From: Candidatus Aminicenantes bacterium
GTDB taxonomy: Bacteria > Acidobacteriota > Aminicenantia > Aminicenantales > Aminicenantaceae
Length of the DNA: 64,000 nt
Direction: 5' to 3'
Assembly: GCA_003648765.1 (NCBI GenBank)
Contig: QMPV01000002.1
Location: 1,128-65,127 of the forward strand
Below the pieces are notes generated by a model. It was not told the origin of the DNA, searched no databases, and was given only the letters and a program-made list of their open reading frames with translations. Positions 59,765-64,000 of this stretch are shown in pieces (positions within the stretch are counted from its first letter, which is position 1; each line of letters opens with the position of its first letter). The position numbers and the translations under genes are program-made.

Positions 59765-59773
59765 GCCAGTCGC

Positions 59774-60787
59774 ATGAGTGCGGTGAAAATTGCAGTTGAT
59801 GCTATGGGAGGTGATTTCGGCCCTCCAGTTATAGTTGAGGGGGCTGTCCAAGCTGTGGAAAATTATGGGGTTGAGATTCTTTTAGTGGGCACCGAAGAGG
59901 TTATCCAACGGGAACTAAAAAGTGTGAGTCCACTTCCCCCAGGCTTACAGATTGTTAATGCTTCCGAACACATTGGTATGGGTGAGGGATTACTTTCGTT
60001 TCGCCGCAAGAAAAGGTCTTCAATTAGAGTTGGCATTCAGCTGGTAAAAGATAGAGAAGCCGCGGCTTTTGTCAGCATGGGCAACACGGGGGCCATTGTT
60101 TATCTCGCTCGGAAAGTACTGGGCTCTCTTCCCGGGGTGGAACGACCCGCTCTTTCGCTTTTAGTCCCTTCGCTTCAAGGTATGACTTTACTCATTGATG
60201 TCGGCGCCAATGCCAACTGCCAGCCTCCCCACTTAGCCCAATTCGCTATAATGGGAAAAGTTTTTATGGAATCGGTCTTGCAAGTCAATCAGCCCCGCGT
60301 AGCTTTGATGAGTATTGGGGAAGAAGAGACCAAGGGCAATGATCTTATTCGTGAAACTTATGAAATTTTGAAAAAAATGCCGCTGAATTTTATCGGCAAT
60401 GTGGAAGGGAAAGATATTTTTGCGGGCAAAGCTGAAGTTATTGTCAGTGATGGTTTTACAGGAAATGTAGCCCTTAAAGTTAGTGAGGGAATGGTAGATA
60501 CTCTCATGCATTTGGCACGTTATGAAGTGATGAAGAATTTATTGGCCAAAATTGGTTTCTTTCTAATGAAACGCAATTTAAAAAAGATATATAAAAGAGT
60601 AGATTATTCTGAATATGGAGGAGCTCAATTACTAGGAGTCAACGGAGTTGTGGTTATCGGCCACGGGCGTTCTTCAGTTCGAGCCGTGAGAAATGCTATT
60701 CGCCTGGCCCGTGATTTTGTGGTGAATGGTGTTCAGGAGAAAATCCAGCAGGAGATAGCTAAATATTCTCCTGGCCGGACTCAATAA
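59774..60787 (+). CDS. plsX: phosphate acyltransferase PlsX
   Basis: KIAVDAMGGDFGP...GNTGA...VIGHGRSS motifs. Confidence 0.93.
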   Translation: MSAVKIAVDAMGGDFGPPVIVEGAVQAVENYGVEILLVGTEEVIQRELKSVSPLPPGLQIVNASEHIGMGEGLLSFRRKKRSSIRVGIQLVKDREAAAFVSMGNTGAIVYLARKVLGSLPGVERPALSLLVPSLQGMTLLIDVGANANCQPPHLAQFAIMGKVFMESVLQVNQPRVALMSIGEEETKGNDLIRETYEILKKMPLNFIGNVEGKDIFAGKAEVIVSDGFTGNVALKVSEGMVDTLMHLARYEVMKNLLAKIGFFLMKRNLKKIYKRVDYSEYGGAQLLGVNGVVVIGHGRSSVRAVRNAIRLARDFVVNGVQEKIQQEIAKYSPGRTQ

Positions 60788-60813
60788 AGGAAATGATTAT
60801 CTAGAGGGAAGGA

Positions 60814-61554
60814 ATGATTTTTAAAGACAAACTCTCTATTGTCACTGGTGCTTCCCAAGGAATAGGGAAAGCTATTGCTGAATTATTGGCTCAAGAAGGA
60901 GCCCAGGTCATTCTCTGGGATATTCAGGAAGACAAGCTGCAGGAGGTGGTGGACGGAATTAATAAACAAGGAGGGCAAGCAGCTTATTTTCGAGTGGATG
61001 TCGCCTCGTTTCCTCAGGTGGAAGCCACTGTCAAGGAAATCCTTGATGATTATGGTCAGATTGACCATCTGGTGAATAATGCTGGAATAACCCGTGACAA
61101 TCTTTTAATGCGGATGAGTGAGTCGGAATGGGACCAAGTTTTGAGTGTTAACTTGAAAGGGGTCTTTAACTGTTGTAAGGCGGTTATTCGAGCCATGATG
61201 AGTCGCCGCCAAGGGAGAATTGTTAATATTGCCTCGGTAGTGGGATTGATGGGTAATGTGGGACAGACTAATTATGCTGCTTCCAAAGCCGGGGTTATTG
61301 GTTTTACTAAATCTTTAGCGCGAGAAGTCGCCTCTCGGAACATCACGGTGAATGCCATCGCGCCTGGATATATATTGACCCCTATGACCGAGGCACTCTC
61401 AGAACAGACCAGGCAGATGTTTCTCAACCTGATTCCCTTACGGAGGTTTGGCACGCCTGAAGACGTGGCTCGAGCCGTGCGCTTTCTTTTATCTGAGGAT
61501 GCCGCCTATATCACGGGGCAAGTTTTGGGCGTCAATGGAGGTATGTATATGTAG
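60814..61554 (+). CDS. fabG: 3-oxoacyl-[ACP] reductase
   Basis: SDR TGASQGIGKA Rossmann motif, NNAG, and the catalytic YAASKAG. Confidence 0.9.
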   Translation: MIFKDKLSIVTGASQGIGKAIAELLAQEGAQVILWDIQEDKLQEVVDGINKQGGQAAYFRVDVASFPQVEATVKEILDDYGQIDHLVNNAGITRDNLLMRMSESEWDQVLSVNLKGVFNCCKAVIRAMMSRRQGRIVNIASVVGLMGNVGQTNYAASKAGVIGFTKSLAREVASRNITVNAIAPGYILTPMTEALSEQTRQMFLNLIPLRRFGTPEDVARAVRFLLSEDAAYITGQVLGVNGGMYM

Positions 61555-61598
61555 AAAGGCCGTAGGCCTTTTCGAAATTCATATTAGAGGAGGATATA

Positions 61599-61862
61599 AT
61601 GGAGCGAGAAGAACTTCTCAAGAAAGTTAAAGCCATCGTGGCTGACAAACTCAGCATTAGTGAAGACCAGGTGACTGAAGATGCTTCGTTCATTGATGAT
61701 CTGGGCGCCGATTCCCTGGATACAGTGGAGCTGGTTATGGCCCTCGAGGATGAATTTGATCTTGACATTCCAGATGAAGAAGCAGAGAAGTTAACCACGG
61801 TGGGCAAGGCCATAGATTATGTTCTGGAACAATTAGCCAAGAAAAAAGAAGAGAAGAATTAG
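61599..61862 (+). CDS. acpP: acyl carrier protein
   Basis: [19 protein letters not shown] phosphopantetheine-attachment motif. Confidence 0.93.
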   Translation: MEREELLKKVKAIVADKLSISEDQVTEDASFIDDLGADSLDTVELVMALEDEFDLDIPDEEAEKLTTVGKAIDYVLEQLAKKKEEKN

Positions 61863-61874
61863 TTCCTAGAGGCA

Positions 61875-63149
61875 ATGGGGACTCTAAAAGCTCAGAGGGG
61901 TGGTTTATCTCGGCGGCGGGTGGTAGTTACTGGTATTGGTTTGGTTTCCCCTCTTGGGACGGGCACAGCTAAAAATTGGCAGGCTATCCAGGCTGGCGAA
62001 AACGGCATCAACACTATTTCTTTATTTGATGCCTCCCAATATTCATCTCAAATAGCTGGGGAAGTAAGAGATTTTGATCCTCAGGTCTTCATTGAACGCC
62101 GAGAACTACGCAAGATGGATCGTTTTATTCAATTTGCTCTGGCCGCCGCAGAGTTAGCCGTTGAGGACGCTGGCTTGAAGAGGGAACAAATAGAGGGAGA
62201 CAGAAGTGGGGTTTATATTGGTTCAGGCATAGGCGGAATTGGGACAATAGAAGAGAACTATCGTATTTTATTAGAAAAAGGTCCTAACCGTGTTTCTCCT
62301 TTTTTTCTCGTAGCTTCTATTATTAATGAAGCTTCTGGCCAGGTCTCGATTCGGTTCCGGGCCAAGGGACCCAATTCAGCTACAGCTACAGCTTGTGCCA
62401 CCAGTACCCATGCGGTAGGCGATTCTTTTCGGATAATTGCCCGGGGCGATGCAGATATCATGATTACCGGTGGAGCTGAAGCACCTATCACCCCTCTTGG
62501 AGTGGCCGGTTTTTGTTCCCTCCGGGCCCTTTCCACCCGCAATGATGCTCCGGAGAAGGCGTCCCGTCCTTTTGATGCTCAACGGGATGGTTTTGTCATG
62601 GGAGAAGGAGCAGGTATTATTATTTTGGAAGAATTGGGGCACGCTTTGAAGAGAGATGCTAGAATTTATGCTGAAATTGTCGGCTATGGGATGACGGGGG
62701 ATGCTTATCATGTGACAGCTCCTTGCTTAGACGGCGATGGGGCTTATCGGGTGATGAAATTGGCTCTGGAAGATGCAGGGATAGCTCCTGAGGAAGTCGA
62801 CTATATCAATGCTCATGGAACATCAACTCCCTATAATGACAAAATTGAAACGCTGGCCATTAAGAAATTATTTCGGGACCATGCCTATAAATTAGCTGTC
62901 AGCTCGACCAAATCCATGACCGGCCATCTGCTTGGAGCTGCCGGTGGTTACGAAGCGGGCATTACTGCTCTGGCCTTATTCCACCAGATCCTGCCGCCTA
63001 CCCGTAATTACGAATTTCCTGATCCTGAATGTGATCTGGATTATGTTCCCAATCAGGCCCGGGCTGCAGAGATCCGCTATGCACTGGCCAATTCATTCGG
63101 TTTTGGCGGAACTAATGGCACCCTACTTCTGAAGAGATATGTTGAATGA
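61875..63149 (+). CDS. fabF: 3-oxoacyl-[ACP] synthase II
   Basis: [15 protein letters not shown], the active-site [13 protein letters not shown], and the HGTSTP and NSFGFGGTN motifs. The true start may be a few codons downstream of the listed Met. Confidence 0.92.
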   Translation: MGTLKAQRGGLSRRRVVVTGIGLVSPLGTGTAKNWQAIQAGENGINTISLFDASQYSSQIAGEVRDFDPQVFIERRELRKMDRFIQFALAAAELAVEDAGLKREQIEGDRSGVYIGSGIGGIGTIEENYRILLEKGPNRVSPFFLVASIINEASGQVSIRFRAKGPNSATATACATSTHAVGDSFRIIARGDADIMITGGAEAPITPLGVAGFCSLRALSTRNDAPEKASRPFDAQRDGFVMGEGAGIIILEELGHALKRDARIYAEIVGYGMTGDAYHVTAPCLDGDGAYRVMKLALEDAGIAPEEVDYINAHGTSTPYNDKIETLAIKKLFRDHAYKLAVSSTKSMTGHLLGAAGGYEAGITALALFHQILPPTRNYEFPDPECDLDYVPNQARAAEIRYALANSFGFGGTNGTLLLKRYVE

Positions 63150-63223
63150 CTCCCTGGCGGTGAATTGAGCCAGCTAGAGAAGAGAAAAAATACTCACATT
63201 GATTTAGATAAAAGGAGGTGGAA

Positions 63224-64000
63224 GTGAATTTATTTGTCTTTGTGAAGAGAGTTCCGGACACAGAATCAAAAATACGGATTAATGAGACGGGAACAAATGT
63301 GGTTTTTGAAGGCTTGAATTTTGTTTTAAATCCGTATGATGAGTATGCTGTCGAGGAAGCTCTGCGAATAAAAGAGACTCATGGAGGGCAAGTTACAGTT
63401 TTTTCCGTAGGCCCAGATGAAACCCAGGCCATACTCAAGAAATGTTTAGCCATGGGAGCAGATGAGGCAGTTTTGATTAAAGATGATGAGGCGGAGCTAT
63501 ATGATGGTTGGCGGATTGCTCGAATTATCGCTGCCCTATTACAGAAGAAATACTCCGAATTTGACCTCTTGCTTTTCGGCAAACAATCTGTGGGGGCGGA
63601 TAATGCCCAGGTACCCTCGATGGTGGCTGAAATGCTGGGCTTACCCCAAGTTAATGTCATCACCAAGCTGGAGCTGACTGACTCCAAAGGGGTGGCTTAC
63701 CGGGAGATTGAAGGAGCCCATGAAAAGGTGGAATTCAATCTGCCAGCGGTGCTCAGTGCTCAGAAGGGATTAAATGAGCCGCGATATGAAACCTTGCGAG
63801 GCATAATGGCGGCTAAGCGGAAACAGATCCCCGTGCTTACTCTTGAAGAATTGGGGTTGACTCCTGAGGAGGTAAAACCCCGTCTGGAAATAGTCAAGGT
63901 AGAATCTCCGCCCGCCAGAAAAGCAGGGCAGGTGATCGAAGATGAACCACGGGTAGCAGCCCAAAAGTTGGTGGCTTTTCTGCACGAAGAAGTCAAGGTG
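63224..64000 (+). CDS. etfB: electron transfer flavoprotein beta subunit (5' part; runs off the window)
   Basis: Manual translation from a GTG preceded by AAAGGAGGTGGAA: VNLFVFVKRVPDTESKIRINETGT...VFSVGPDE...LLLFGKQSVGADNAQVPSMVAEMLGLPQV matches EtfB. Not in the ORF track (GTG start, no stop in the window). Confidence 0.8.
   Translation, partial: MNLFVFVKRVPDTESKIRINETGTNVVFEGLNFVLNPYDEYAVEEALRIKETHGGQVTVFSVGPDETQAILKKCLAMGADEAVLIKDDEAELYDGWRIARIIAALLQKKYSEFDLLLFGKQSVGADNAQVPSMVAEMLGLPQVNVITKLELTDSKGVAYREIEGAHEKVEFNLPAVLSAQKGLNEPRYETLRGIMAAKRKQIPVLTLEELGLTPEEVKPRLEIVKVESPPARKAGQVIEDEPRVAAQKLVAFLHEEVKV

Noticed and set aside
63379-63996. Minus-strand ORFs 63379..63687, 63760..63996 and 63770..63985
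   Set aside because: Antisense to the clearly EtfB-encoding plus-strand frame.
1-64000. CRISPR arrays, integrases/transposases, phage genes, restriction-modification or toxin-antitoxin modules
   Set aside because: No regularly spaced direct repeats were seen. No recombinase/transposase-like ORFs, no inverted-repeat-flanked segment, no phage gene. The window is almost entirely core-genome synteny.

Overview
The window looks like a chromosomal segment from a diderm (Gram-negative-type) bacterium. Evidence for the diderm call: a TonB-dependent receptor, an Mla/MCE system, LPS heptose genes, lipoproteins, an outer-membrane beta-barrel protein, and strong AGGAGG-type ribosome-binding sites. It is dominated by housekeeping genes: aspS, hisS, accA, gltX, rlmB, ispD/ispF/ispE, radA, dnaB, ribosomal proteins L9/S18/S6/L25/L28/L32, pth, prs, one tRNA-Gln, polA, rel, and yceD-rpmF-plsX-fabG-acpP-fabF. 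The replication origin neighbourhood is here: dnaA-dnaN, with three DnaA-box-like motifs just upstream of dnaA and an AT-rich spacer between the two genes. A complete rnfCDGEAB operon is followed by an RseC-like gene and a Tat-signal protein. A partial etfB sits at the 3' edge. More accessory-looking content includes a fused Memo-AMMECR1 protein with an N-terminal signal peptide and no radical-SAM partner nearby. A Ser/Thr kinase-TolB-like-TPR sensor is translationally coupled to an NTF2-like protein next to a TonB receptor. A beta-strand-repeat DUF4097-like protein and two FmdB zinc-ribbon paralogs are present. An ECF sigma/ZAS anti-sigma/YbjQ operon is present. A large outer-membrane protein combines an HExxH motif, PD40 repeats and a C-terminal barrel, next to two lipoproteins. 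The ORF track missed two real genes at the window edges (an FmdB-like CDS at 1..401 minus, etfB at 63224..64000 plus) and the tRNA. No CRISPR array, mobile element or obvious defence system was found. The candidates for something novel are flagged in the findings with moderate interest, and no novel system is claimed with confidence.
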